A stretch of 38,738 nt of DNA from a virus. The DNA lies in the IMG/VR virus record IMGVR_UViG_3300042807_000094, one strand, 5' to 3'. The notes beneath the pieces were generated by a model. It saw only the letters and a list, made by a program, of their open reading frames with translations. It was not told where the DNA came from and ran no database searches. Of the stretch, positions 29,857 to 38,361 are shown piece by piece. Each line of letters opens with the position of its first letter. The stretch's first letter is position 1. The translations under genes and the position numbers were made by a program.

Positions 29857-31034
29857 GGTATTGAGTAGTCTTCTGGGGCTAGTGTCGTTCCATCCAGTAT
29901 CTTTTTACACACAGCCAAAAGCTGATCAGATCCCGGCCAAGACCATGTGTTAGCGTGACCAGCGTGTGCATTAGGACCGGTGCCTTCTGGTGGTATTATG
30001 ACCGGCGAGAGAATATAAAAAGGCGGGCTAAATCCAGAAAACTGTCCACTATTGGTGTAATATCCGTTCGGTACCTCTTGATTTGTTCTATACTTTAGGT
30101 TTCCCAAGTGTAAAGGAGATCTCATAACATAAAACTGTGGGGCCGCTGGGAATGCTCTTCTAAGGTTCTCATGTAGTAGTTTTATTCCATCGTGGTTAAC
30201 TGCAAATCCATCGTTACCACCGACGTTTATTATGACCTTGCTAATCGTTTCAGATGGTGTAGCCCGAGGAAGTACTTCGTTTAATCTTGCTAATCCGCTG
30301 CCATCCTTATACAACTGATGTCTATACGCTGTTGTCGGCGCGCCAATCTTAGAAGCTACCAAAGGACTCATAGAACCACCAACAAAGATAATATCACCTG
30401 TCGTATTTAATGGACCGGTAGGAACTACCCCTCCATTTGCGAAAGTCCCAGTAGCTCTATTTCCTCCGTAACTTCTTCTAACATAAGTGCTTACATCTTT
30501 CTTGATATATACTTCTTTTATTATTCCACTTTGAAAGTTGGTTTTGTCTTGAAACTCTACTACAAGCCAGTCTCCAACTTCTATATTCCCAACTGATTTA
30601 CCGTCTAAGTCTTCCTTTGGAGCATAAAACTTACCAATATGTCCTCTAAGTCTAGTGATATCTCTAAAGCCTAAAGAAGTAGCACCGCTTGTATCGTCTA
30701 TCAGAAGTTCTGGATCTGGGACACCGGCATCGGCGTCGTTGATTCTAGCTATAACACAAACAAAAGTTCTATTTCCATATTCTGTTAAGATATTTGCGCT
30801 TGAGAAATAGCTTAACTGCGCGGGAAGCTTTACGTCATTATCCACCGATAAGACTTCCACGAATCTTTCTTTTATTTCCGTACCCTTCGAACCAAATAAT
30901 CTATGTCTTACCGCTTCGTTCATAGTACTGAACGGGTCGATAACTTGGGCTTCATAGTTCGGTAACGATATATTCTCTTTCTGACTTACCGGAACAAACG
31001 TATCATTTGGTAACTTATTATTCGGAGATGCCAC
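29853..31034 (-). CDS. gp5/gpV-like OB-fold N-terminus fused to an SGNH/GDSL-like domain (about 393 aa, GTG start)
   Basis: NIEVGDWLVVEFQD...GII is OB-fold-like. IIFVGGSM and VIINVGGND resemble SGNH blocks I and III, with His residues at AHAGH. Start moved to GTG 31034 (GGAGATTTAAA-GTG), 1 nt after the upstream stop. Confidence 0.55.
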   Translation of the reverse strand: MASPNNKLPNDTFVPVSQKENISLPNYEAQVIDPFSTMNEAVRHRLFGSKGTEIKERFVEVLSVDNDVKLPAQLSYFSSANILTEYGNRTFVCVIARINDADAGVPDPELLIDDTSGATSLGFRDITRLRGHIGKFYAPKEDLDGKSVGNIEVGDWLVVEFQDKTNFQSGIIKEVYIKKDVSTYVRRSYGGNRATGTFANGGVVPTGPLNTTGDIIFVGGSMSPLVASKIGAPTTAYRHQLYKDGSGLARLNEVLPRATPSETISKVIINVGGNDGFAVNHDGIKLLHENLRRAFPAAPQFYVMRSPLHLGNLKYRTNQEVPNGYYTNSGQFSGFSPPFYILSPVIIPPEGTGPNAHAGHANTWSWPGSDQLLAVCKKILDGTTLAPEDYSIP

Positions 31035-31035
31035 T

Positions 31036-32373
31036 TTAAATCTCCGATGTACCAAAATCTGTTGGTGCTTCTGAAGTTGCTACCGGACTTTGCAGAGGAG
31101 ATACTGGTGAGGTTGGAAGTTCTGTGGGTGCCGTTTCCAGCGGCTGGCTCGTAGGTAGTTCGTTCCCTTCGATAAAAGGACGTATATGTTCTGGAATCGA
31201 CGCTGCTGGCCGTAGCGAACCATTCAGAAGAAGTTTTCCCATAGCTTGGTTGTCTTTTCGAATATGGAAGTTATTATGATCCTTATATAATGGTGATGCC
31301 CTCTCCACTTGATATACACCACCAACATCCTGATCGGGTTTGCCAGCCAAAAAGTCTGGTCTAATCTGAACATGCAGAGCCGCGTTTTCTTGTAAAACAG
31401 GATCCCTAATAGCAGCTAAAGCTCGTTTTAGTCCATTCTGTATCTGCTGTTGCGAATAAGACGGTTTATATCCTCTGAATGCTCTTATAGCGGAAGCTTC
31501 ATCTGTTATTCTTTGCCAATCAGCTTGGTTTTTATAAGTTGGCTCGTAGTTTTTGCCGCCTGCGACATTCTTAGTAATACTCTTAGAATAATAACCATTA
31601 TAGGTATTTGCTATATAATATCGATTGTATATTGATTGTGCTACATCTGCCATTCCTTGGTCGCTAGCGCCACCTTCAGCAAAACAAATGGTTAATAGAG
31701 TCCAAAACTCTTGATTTAATGGAGGATTATCAAGATTTGCTGATTCCGCCGGAAGATTAGGATAAGCACCGTCAAATGAGCTACCAGCAGAAAAACCTCC
31801 GCCAGATGAACCCCAAGTTGACTTATCTTTCTTGAAATAAACGTCTTTTATAATGCCATTTGACATTGTTGTTTTATCTTGAAACTCAACTATAAGCCAA
31901 TCTCCAACTTCAATATTAGTAGCTCCCTTTGCTCGGATATCATCTGCTGGGGCGTAGAACTTGCCTATGCTAGATCTCAGCTTTGTGATATCACCAAAAG
32001 TTTGAGTAGTTGTTCCATCGATTACTATTTGTTCTGGATCTGGTATGCCACTATGAAGATCCATTACTCTACAAACAACAGAAATCCAATCTCTGTTACC
32101 GTATTCAGTTGCGATAGAGGAGTTGCCGAAATAGTTCAAATCACTCGGCACCTTCACTGTCATATCTACGGCCATTACTTCTGCCAATCTCTCGTTTACT
32201 TCTGTTTTTGTGCTTGAAAATAAAGAATCACGATATGCTTGCTTAATCGATGACATTGGATTGATCGATTGAGCAGCATAATCGTGAATAACGTTATTTT
32301 CTTTCTGATTAGCGACTACGAATACATCGTTTGGGAGCTTAGCAGATCCAGACGGTTGTACTGGTTGGGCCAA
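31036..32373 (-). CDS. gp5/gpV-like OB-fold N-terminus fused to an SleB/Hydrolase_2-like cell wall hydrolase (445 aa, TTG start)
   Basis: LLTICFAEGGASDQGMADVAQSIYNR matches the Hydrolase_2 pattern (AE...G...VAxxIxNR; candidate catalytic E233). N-terminal about 180 aa paralogous to the next gene. GGAGG SD before TTG. Confidence 0.7.
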   Translation of the reverse strand: MAQPVQPSGSAKLPNDVFVVANQKENNVIHDYAAQSINPMSSIKQAYRDSLFSSTKTEVNERLAEVMAVDMTVKVPSDLNYFGNSSIATEYGNRDWISVVCRVMDLHSGIPDPEQIVIDGTTTQTFGDITKLRSSIGKFYAPADDIRAKGATNIEVGDWLIVEFQDKTTMSNGIIKDVYFKKDKSTWGSSGGGFSAGSSFDGAYPNLPAESANLDNPPLNQEFWTLLTICFAEGGASDQGMADVAQSIYNRYYIANTYNGYYSKSITKNVAGGKNYEPTYKNQADWQRITDEASAIRAFRGYKPSYSQQQIQNGLKRALAAIRDPVLQENAALHVQIRPDFLAGKPDQDVGGVYQVERASPLYKDHNNFHIRKDNQAMGKLLLNGSLRPAASIPEHIRPFIEGNELPTSQPLETAPTELPTSPVSPLQSPVATSEAPTDFGTSEI

Positions 32374-32375
32374 TA

Positions 32376-32669
32376 TCAGTTTCCTCCGTCATTCTGCAAG
32401 AGGTCGAAAATCTTGTCCTTGTCTAACTCAGTAATATCAGCAGCGGCTGTTTCGCGTTTCTGGAGTATCATAGCGATCTTCACAAGCTGCTCGTTCGAAC
32501 GTTGTAGTGTTTCAACATACTTTGCTGCAACGGAACCGGCAAACTTGTGGTTCTCTTCATCTTTCGCCAAAAGACGCATTACATCGTCTAGAAGCTCTCT
32601 CGTAACTTCTCTATCATCTTCGATGTTCTTAATGGCACTAGCTATGTGTTTGTCTACTTCATTACTCAT
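32376..32669 (-). CDS. Small helical hypothetical phage protein (97 aa)
   Basis: Start at ATG 32669 (MSNEVDK) overlaps the sigma-factor stop as ATGA. Coiled-coil character. Confidence 0.7.
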   Translation of the reverse strand: MSNEVDKHIASAIKNIEDDREVTRELLDDVMRLLAKDEENHKFAGSVAAKYVETLQRSNEQLVKIAMILQKRETAAADITELDKDKIFDLLQNDGGN

Positions 32670-33364
32670 AGTTCTTGGTCCCAATCCTTTCGAAACTCTT
32701 GATAGTTTACTTTCAATCTCTTAAGACAAGATACGATCTGTTTTGTATTAAGACCGGTAATCTCTCTTAGATATAAGTAAATAGCTTTCTTATTAAAAAT
32801 CTCGATTTCATGGGCTGATTCGAAAAGTACTTGAATAGCCTTTATTACCTTTTCATCGTTCGGCTTATCAGACTCTTCCATCCAATCAATCATGTTGGCA
32901 CGAAGATTATCAATAAGCTCGTTATGCTCTCTAATATTTTCGTATGGGTTATCCTCTGATAGATACCGAAGCTCTAAATCTTTTGGCATTTCTTGAATGT
33001 CAAGTTCAGTCTGATTCTTCTTAGACTTTCTCTTGACCTTGTGGATAAACCAGTTCTTAGTGATGACTGAAAAATACGAGAAGGCTTTTGAACCTTGGCT
33101 TACATCATATTTATCAAGGATGGTAATGAGCCAGATCTTGCATTCATCACGCAAATAATCAATATTTGGAAGTGTAGTGAACTTGTAAGTGAAAACAATC
33201 TTATCGACCATTTCATCGAACGCGGGGCCGATCAACTTACTGTATAGTTCCGTTCTTATTCTTTTGTCGTTTGTCGCGACATACTTAAGAATCGCGTCTT
33301 CGTGATCCTGCGTAAAATACTTCTTGGTTGGCTTTGAACTGCGGCTCATTCTCTGTTTCTTCAT
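32666..33364 (-). CDS. Phage RNA polymerase sigma factor, probable late sigma (functionally gp55-like; 232 aa)
   Basis: Region-2-like LDKYDVSQGSKAFSYFSVITKNWF and a C-terminal HTH-like LREITGLNTKQIVSCLKRLK. GAGGA SD; upstream of the structural genes. Confidence 0.72.
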   Translation of the reverse strand: MKKQRMSRSSKPTKKYFTQDHEDAILKYVATNDKRIRTELYSKLIGPAFDEMVDKIVFTYKFTTLPNIDYLRDECKIWLITILDKYDVSQGSKAFSYFSVITKNWFIHKVKRKSKKNQTELDIQEMPKDLELRYLSEDNPYENIREHNELIDNLRANMIDWMEESDKPNDEKVIKAIQVLFESAHEIEIFNKKAIYLYLREITGLNTKQIVSCLKRLKVNYQEFRKDWDQEL

Positions 33365-33686
33365 CGTCTTCCTCTTGTTCGTCGGGAAGATCTTGCAACG
33401 GCTCGTTTGTCAAATCCATGATTTCTGAGAACTGCTCGATCTTCGATGTAAAATACATACCATGCTCTAACAAACCACCAAGTGTTTCGTCGCCATAAAA
33501 ACTCTCTAGTTCATAAAGACTCTTTAAGTGCGAAGTGAAACTTACTGCTTCATTGTTTAGTTCAGTAATGTTTTTTGATACAAAGTTGATGTTCTTTAGT
33601 AAGAAACGGATGTAAGCGACAAGCCCAACCATAATGGCTAGTGATAGCAGAAAAGCTATTGTCCAACCATTAATCTCGACTATCAT
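33285..33686 (-). CDS. Membrane-anchored hypothetical protein (133 aa)
   Basis: N-terminal hydrophobic helix WTIAFLLSLAIMVGLVAYIRFLL, helical middle and acidic tail. Confidence 0.7.
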   Translation of the reverse strand: MIVEINGWTIAFLLSLAIMVGLVAYIRFLLKNINFVSKNITELNNEAVSFTSHLKSLYELESFYGDETLGGLLEHGMYFTSKIEQFSEIMDLTNEPLQDLPDEQEEDDEETENEPQFKANQEVFYAGSRRRDS

Positions 33687-33933
33687 CTTTGTACTCCTTG
33701 GCCAAAGACCTCTTTTCTTCTATGAGGTCTCTCTTGGTTTGTTCTATATACTCTATAACAAGCTGGCCTGGTTTTGACAAGGAAGATTTAGAACTTTTGC
33801 AAAATAAATCTGATAGTTGCCTTTCTAGCTTACCGTTCTGGCCACAATCGCAACAGTCAACTGACTCTGATATACCATGTACCAGAGTCAGCGACTTATC
33901 GCATTTTTGGCAGAGATAATCATACCTCGGCAT
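33670..33933 (-). CDS. FmdB-family zinc ribbon protein (87 aa)
   Basis: MPRYDYLCQKC...CCDCG...LERQLS matches the MPxYxYxCxxC...CxxCG...LxRxxS signature. Confidence 0.85.
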   Translation of the reverse strand: MPRYDYLCQKCDKSLTLVHGISESVDCCDCGQNGKLERQLSDLFCKSSKSSLSKPGQLVIEYIEQTKRDLIEEKRSLAKEYKDDSRD

Positions 33934-33935
33934 GA

Positions 33936-34133
33936 TCAGTCTTCTAGTTCTTCGCCAAAAGAGTCTTCATCAAACTTTACGATTGGCGGATTCATAACTA
34001 TCAATCCGTCTTCGGACATCTTGAATCGAAACCCTTTAAGAACTGGAACGATGTCGCTTTGTTCAAGTAATGATTTTTGCAATGCCATCATTAATGCACC
34101 GATTGCTTGATCGGTTAGACTCATCTCACTCAT
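33936..34133 (-). CDS. Small hypothetical protein (65 aa)
   Basis: AAGGAG SD before ATG 34133 (MSEMSLTDQAIGALMMALQKSLLEQSDIVPVLK); fills the operon gap. Confidence 0.75.
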   Translation of the reverse strand: MSEMSLTDQAIGALMMALQKSLLEQSDIVPVLKGFRFKMSEDGLIVMNPPIVKFDEDSFGEELED

Positions 34134-34137
34134 TTTA

Positions 34138-34995
34138 TTACTCCTTTGTATTTTGAACACTAAGTGTTTGTGACACAGCCGAAGGATTGGAAGCCCAATC
34201 CCACATTTCTCTTATTTCTTTATTGTATTCCCACGATTGTTCTAAAATAGAACAGTTAACATTGTGACTGTTTAAAGTAGATATCAAAGAGTTGATATCT
34301 TTAGGGAAGCAAGTTCCTCCATAGCCCAGAAAACCATCTGGACCGGGGACACTTGTATGGGATGAACCGATCCTTGGATCGGAGATTATCCCAGAGACTA
34401 CAGTACGATAATCAAATCCCATCTTATCAGCTAGCTGGAATAAAACGTTGAAGTAACTGACTTTGAGAGCTAAAAAGCTATTTGAGAAATACTTTATCGC
34501 TTCAGATTCGTCAGAAGAAGTCAACAAGATAGGGATCTGGACCCCGTACTTTTGCTGGTATAGCTCTTTCACCGTCGTGGCAAGCTCGATGGGACCACCC
34601 ACTACATTCCTGCTAGGATTTGCAAAATCATTAACAGCATTTTTTGCAGTTAAAAACTCTGGACTGTGGACGATCTTCAGATCTGGCCTGTTGGCGGATA
34701 TCGATTTCGTTGTTCCGATTGGAACAGTAGACTTTATAATAAATAAGCACTTTAGATTATTTGGAAGATTATTAAAGAAATCCATTAGTATTGTTAGATC
34801 ACAGCCACCACCTTGTGGACTTACCATTGGAGTTGGCAAGCAAACAAAAACGAAATCGCTTTGTAATACTTGTCCAAGAGAGTTGTATGTTCTTGCGGGC
34901 GATGCATCGTAGACACTTGTTTCGAAAGAATCTTTGAAGTTCTGATACACCGCATTTCCCACAAACCCGTTACCGACTATTCCTACTCTATGCAT
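34138..34995 (-). CDS. ugd: UDP-glucose/GDP-mannose dehydrogenase family, short form without the C-terminal domain (285 aa)
   Basis: GIVGNGFVG Rossmann motif, FVCLPTP, IIKSTVPIGTT, SPEFL, EAIKYFSNSFLALKVSYFN, DPRIG and catalytic GYGGTCFPKD. Confidence 0.88.
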   Translation of the reverse strand: MHRVGIVGNGFVGNAVYQNFKDSFETSVYDASPARTYNSLGQVLQSDFVFVCLPTPMVSPQGGGCDLTILMDFFNNLPNNLKCLFIIKSTVPIGTTKSISANRPDLKIVHSPEFLTAKNAVNDFANPSRNVVGGPIELATTVKELYQQKYGVQIPILLTSSDESEAIKYFSNSFLALKVSYFNVLFQLADKMGFDYRTVVSGIISDPRIGSSHTSVPGPDGFLGYGGTCFPKDINSLISTLNSHNVNCSILEQSWEYNKEIREMWDWASNPSAVSQTLSVQNTKE

Positions 34996-35893
34996 TCTTG
35001 TTTGCCTCGATCCATGTATCTAGAGTCACTGTTGGATTCCATCCAAGTAAATCTTTTGCTTTTGTATTGTCGCATAGACTATTTCTAGCCTCCCCGAGTC
35101 TAGGAGGGATATATTCAACTTCGCCACCAATCATTTTAGCTATTTCAACGATTGAATAGTTCTTACCAGTACCGATATTAAACAGGTTGCCTAGTATTGC
35201 CTTATTCTGTAAGAACGCTGCCTTAATATTAGCTTCTACTACATCGTCTACATGTGTAAAATCTCTTCTTTGAAGTCCATCTCCAACTATTGTCATGCTC
35301 TTTCCTTCTGCAACTTGTTTCAAGAATAATCCGATTACTGGAGCGTATTGTCCTTTCGTCGGTTGCCTATTCCCATAAACGTTGAAGTATCTGAAGGATA
35401 CAGTCTCTAGTCCGAATAGCGTATAATACATTTTACACAACTCTTCGCCCGCTGTTTTAGATACGGAATAAGGATTCAAACAATCTTTTGGCATATCTTC
35501 ACGATAAGGAATATTGTTACTAAGCCCGTAAGCAGCAGATGTGGAAGAATAGACAACTCTCTTTACCCTCTGCTCTCGGGCGGCTTGTAAGACGTTACAA
35601 GTTCCAAGAGTATTCACCCTTACGGCGAATAGCGGATTATTTATTGCTGGCTGTATCCTCGATTCCGCAGCTAAATGGAAAACAACATTTACACCTTCAA
35701 ATAATGGTAGAATATTGTCATAATCACAAATATCCAGTTTATGATTCTCTGCTAGCTCGTTCCAGTAAAACGTTTCATGAGCCTCAGATGACTCGTTATC
35801 CACAGCTACTACGCTATGCCCGTCTTTTATTAGTCTATCTACTAAGTTTGAACCAATAAATCCTGCCGCGCCTGTTACCAATACTCTACTCAT
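34988..35893 (-). CDS. NAD-dependent nucleotide-sugar epimerase/dehydratase, extended SDR (GalE/WbpP-like; 301 aa)
   Basis: [32 protein letters not shown] (YxxxK), [21 protein letters not shown]. Confidence 0.92.
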   Translation of the reverse strand: MSRVLVTGAAGFIGSNLVDRLIKDGHSVVAVDNESSEAHETFYWNELAENHKLDICDYDNILPLFEGVNVVFHLAAESRIQPAINNPLFAVRVNTLGTCNVLQAAREQRVKRVVYSSTSAAYGLSNNIPYREDMPKDCLNPYSVSKTAGEELCKMYYTLFGLETVSFRYFNVYGNRQPTKGQYAPVIGLFLKQVAEGKSMTIVGDGLQRRDFTHVDDVVEANIKAAFLQNKAILGNLFNIGTGKNYSIVEIAKMIGGEVEYIPPRLGEARNSLCDNTKAKDLLGWNPTVTLDTWIEANKNA

Positions 35894-36861
35894 TGCTTTA
35901 GTCCTCTAAGATCCTCATCATACATCATTCTAGCGAGTTCTTTAAACTTTACTTTAGGTTCCCATCCAAGTTCTTTTCTAGCTTTTGAATAATCCCCGAG
36001 CAAATATGGCACTTCGTGCGGACGATATAATCTGGCATCTACTTCGACATATTTATCGACATCCAGTTCAGCATGTTCAAATACTTCATGCAAAAACTCG
36101 CGAACTGTATGAGTCTCACCAGTAGCTATGACATAATCATCCGGCTTGTCTTGTTGTAGCATTAGCCACATTGCTTCGACATAATCACCAGCAAATCCCC
36201 AATCACGTTTGGCGTCTAAGTTTCCTAGGAAAAGTTTATCTTGTAATCCAGCTTTGATTCTCGCTGCTGCTAGCGTGATCTTTCTGGTTACAAAAGTTTC
36301 GCCGCGTCTAGGAGATTCGTGATTAAAAAGAATCCCAGATGTACAAAACATACCGTAGGACTTGCGATAGTTCCTCATAAGACTATGGGCAAATACTTTT
36401 GCGTTAGCATAAGGTGAGGCAGGCATTAAGACGCTATCTTCGTTGAATGGATAGTTTGGGTTATCACCGTACATTTCTGAGGATGATGCTTGATAAAGCT
36501 TTACTTCTTTTACATCCCTAAAGTTTCTTATAGCTTCAACAATCCCTAAAGTGCCGTTTACTATAGTGTTGATTGTAGAGGCTGGGACATCGAAAGAAAC
36601 TCTAACGTGCGATTGAGCAGCTAGATTGTACACTTCATCTGGTTTGTACTTTTGAAGCAGCCTGTAGAATGACATGGGATCATCCAACTCAAAGTATTCT
36701 AGCTTGAAGTTTCTATTTTCAAACACAGAATCGATTCTCTCAGTTGCTATCAAAGAAGTCCTTCTCTTTAGGCCAACGACTCGATAACCCTTAGATAATA
36801 GCAACTCTGTTAAATAAGAGCCGTCTTGTCCAGTTACACCGGTTATAAATGCTGTTTTCAT
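35890..36861 (-). CDS. gmd: GDP-mannose 4,6-dehydratase (323 aa)
   Basis: [72 protein letters not shown]. Confidence 0.97.
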   Translation of the reverse strand: MKTAFITGVTGQDGSYLTELLLSKGYRVVGLKRRTSLIATERIDSVFENRNFKLEYFELDDPMSFYRLLQKYKPDEVYNLAAQSHVRVSFDVPASTINTIVNGTLGIVEAIRNFRDVKEVKLYQASSSEMYGDNPNYPFNEDSVLMPASPYANAKVFAHSLMRNYRKSYGMFCTSGILFNHESPRRGETFVTRKITLAAARIKAGLQDKLFLGNLDAKRDWGFAGDYVEAMWLMLQQDKPDDYVIATGETHTVREFLHEVFEHAELDVDKYVEVDARLYRPHEVPYLLGDYSKARKELGWEPKVKFKELARMMYDEDLRGLKQ

Positions 36862-36862
36862 A

Positions 36863-37786
36863 TTATTCGATATTCCTATTATTCAAAAACCATTTTATAG
36901 TTTGTTCCAATCCAGCTCTCAAATCCGTTTTTGCTTCAAATCCGAGAAGTTCGCGAGATTTTGTAAGATCTAGACTTCTTCTTGGCTGCCCATCTGGTTT
37001 CGTAGTGTCATAGACAATCTCTCCAGAATATTTCATTATATCGCAAATGCAAGACATAAGCTCAGAGATGGTTATTTCTTTACCAGTTCCAATATTTATA
37101 GGATCTGGAGGGATCTGCTTTTCCAAAGCTAGTTCTACAGCTTCGGCACAATCTGGTGCATACAGGAACTCGCGAGAAGCTTTTCCTGTTCCCCATAATA
37201 TAACCTCTTTTTGTTTAGATTCAAGAGCTTTTTGTATTTTTAATATAAGTGCTGGTATCACATGGCTTGTTGTGAGATTAAAATGATCATATGGCCCATA
37301 CATATTAACAGGTATTAGGTTTACTCCGTTGAATCCGTATTGATAATGGTAGTTTTCTAGCAAACTCATAAGAGTCTTTTTAGCTATTCCATATGGAGCA
37401 TTGGTTTCTTCTGGGTAGCCGAGCCACAAATCCTCTTCTCTAAACGGCACCTGTGTGTGCTTAGGATACGAACATACAGTACCAAGAAGCACAAACTTTT
37501 CAACGTTATGTATCATAGAACTGTGTATCATGTTGATACCCATAGCTAAGTTCTCGTACATAAACTTACCGGGATTCAGCTTATTGGCACCTATACCGCC
37601 GACTGCTCCTGCGGCATGAATAACCAAATCCGGTCTTATATGCCTCAACATATCTTCGCATTCATGTTGTTGTATAAGGTTGTGTTGTTTCGAACCAATA
37701 GATGTTACTTCATACTTGTCCGATAATCTTTCAACTATATTTTTGCCAACAAATCCTGTGGCACCTGTCAGAAGAACTTTTTTCAT
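36863..37786 (-). CDS. fcl: GDP-L-fucose synthase family epimerase/reductase (307 aa)
   Basis: [62 protein letters not shown]. Start moved to ATG 37786 (MKKVLLTG), which overlaps the methyltransferase stop as ATGA. Confidence 0.95.
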   Translation of the reverse strand: MKKVLLTGATGFVGKNIVERLSDKYEVTSIGSKQHNLIQQHECEDMLRHIRPDLVIHAAGAVGGIGANKLNPGKFMYENLAMGINMIHSSMIHNVEKFVLLGTVCSYPKHTQVPFREEDLWLGYPEETNAPYGIAKKTLMSLLENYHYQYGFNGVNLIPVNMYGPYDHFNLTTSHVIPALILKIQKALESKQKEVILWGTGKASREFLYAPDCAEAVELALEKQIPPDPINIGTGKEITISELMSCICDIMKYSGEIVYDTTKPDGQPRRSLDLTKSRELLGFEAKTDLRAGLEQTIKWFLNNRNIE

Positions 37787-38361
37787 TTCTTTATCGCTTT
37801 CCACGAAGAAGGTGGGCATTCTGTAACAGTTGTGTTTTTATCAACGAAAAACTCATCTACTGCCTTCTTAACCCCCGGCCAGTCATCACCAAGGTAATCA
37901 TGACCAGCTATTATTCCATTTCTCTTTACTTTTGGATACCAAGCCTCTAAATCTTTCTTTACAGCTTCGTATGAATGATCAGCATCTATAAAGATTATAT
38001 CGATTGTTTCGTTTTGAAACATTTCCGACGCTTCAACCGAATCTTTCTTTATTATATTTACATAATCATCAATCTCAAGATGTTTCAAATTTTCTTTGAA
38101 ATGGTCCAGCAAGCTGACCTGAAGGGAGTCTATCATACCTCTATGCCCTGGGTCGCCAGCGGTACCCTTAAAGGTATCGATTGCAAATAAAGTTGGTTTT
38201 TTATTGCTTTGTTTTAAGTCGGTTGCTAAAAAGGATATTGATTTACCTTTCCATACACCAACTTCAACAAAAGTTTTGCTATCGGTTAATAAGCTAGAAA
38301 ACTCAGAATATAGATCTTTATAATCAAACCATCCGTGTATATCTTCATAGCTTGTTATCAT
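37783..38361 (-). CDS. Class I SAM-dependent methyltransferase, Methyltransf_24-like (192 aa)
   Basis: FVEVGVWKGKS, AIDTF, IDIIFIDADHSYEAVKKDLEAWYPKVKRNGIIAGHDY. Confidence 0.9.
   Translation of the reverse strand: MITSYEDIHGWFDYKDLYSEFSSLLTDSKTFVEVGVWKGKSISFLATDLKQSNKKPTLFAIDTFKGTAGDPGHRGMIDSLQVSLLDHFKENLKHLEIDDYVNIIKKDSVEASEMFQNETIDIIFIDADHSYEAVKKDLEAWYPKVKRNGIIAGHDYLGDDWPGVKKAVDEFFVDKNTTVTECPPSSWKAIKK

Noticed and set aside
31050-31170. ELPTS repeat in the Pro/Thr-rich tail of the 445-aa protein
   Set aside because: Only two short copies in a low-complexity tail; not a meaningful repeat array.
17625-32373. Interpretation as a bacterial eCIS, tailocin or T6SS locus
   Set aside because: The phage-type sigma factor, gp6-type wedge, giant unknown genes, FmdB ribbon and single-strand dense packing fit a large phage, and no T6SS/eCIS core genes are seen.
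31035-37819. ORF-track starts at 31055, 32684, 34160 and 37819
   Set aside because: Downstream starts at 31034, 32669, 34133 and 37786 have SD sites or ATGA coupling and better match the domain boundaries.
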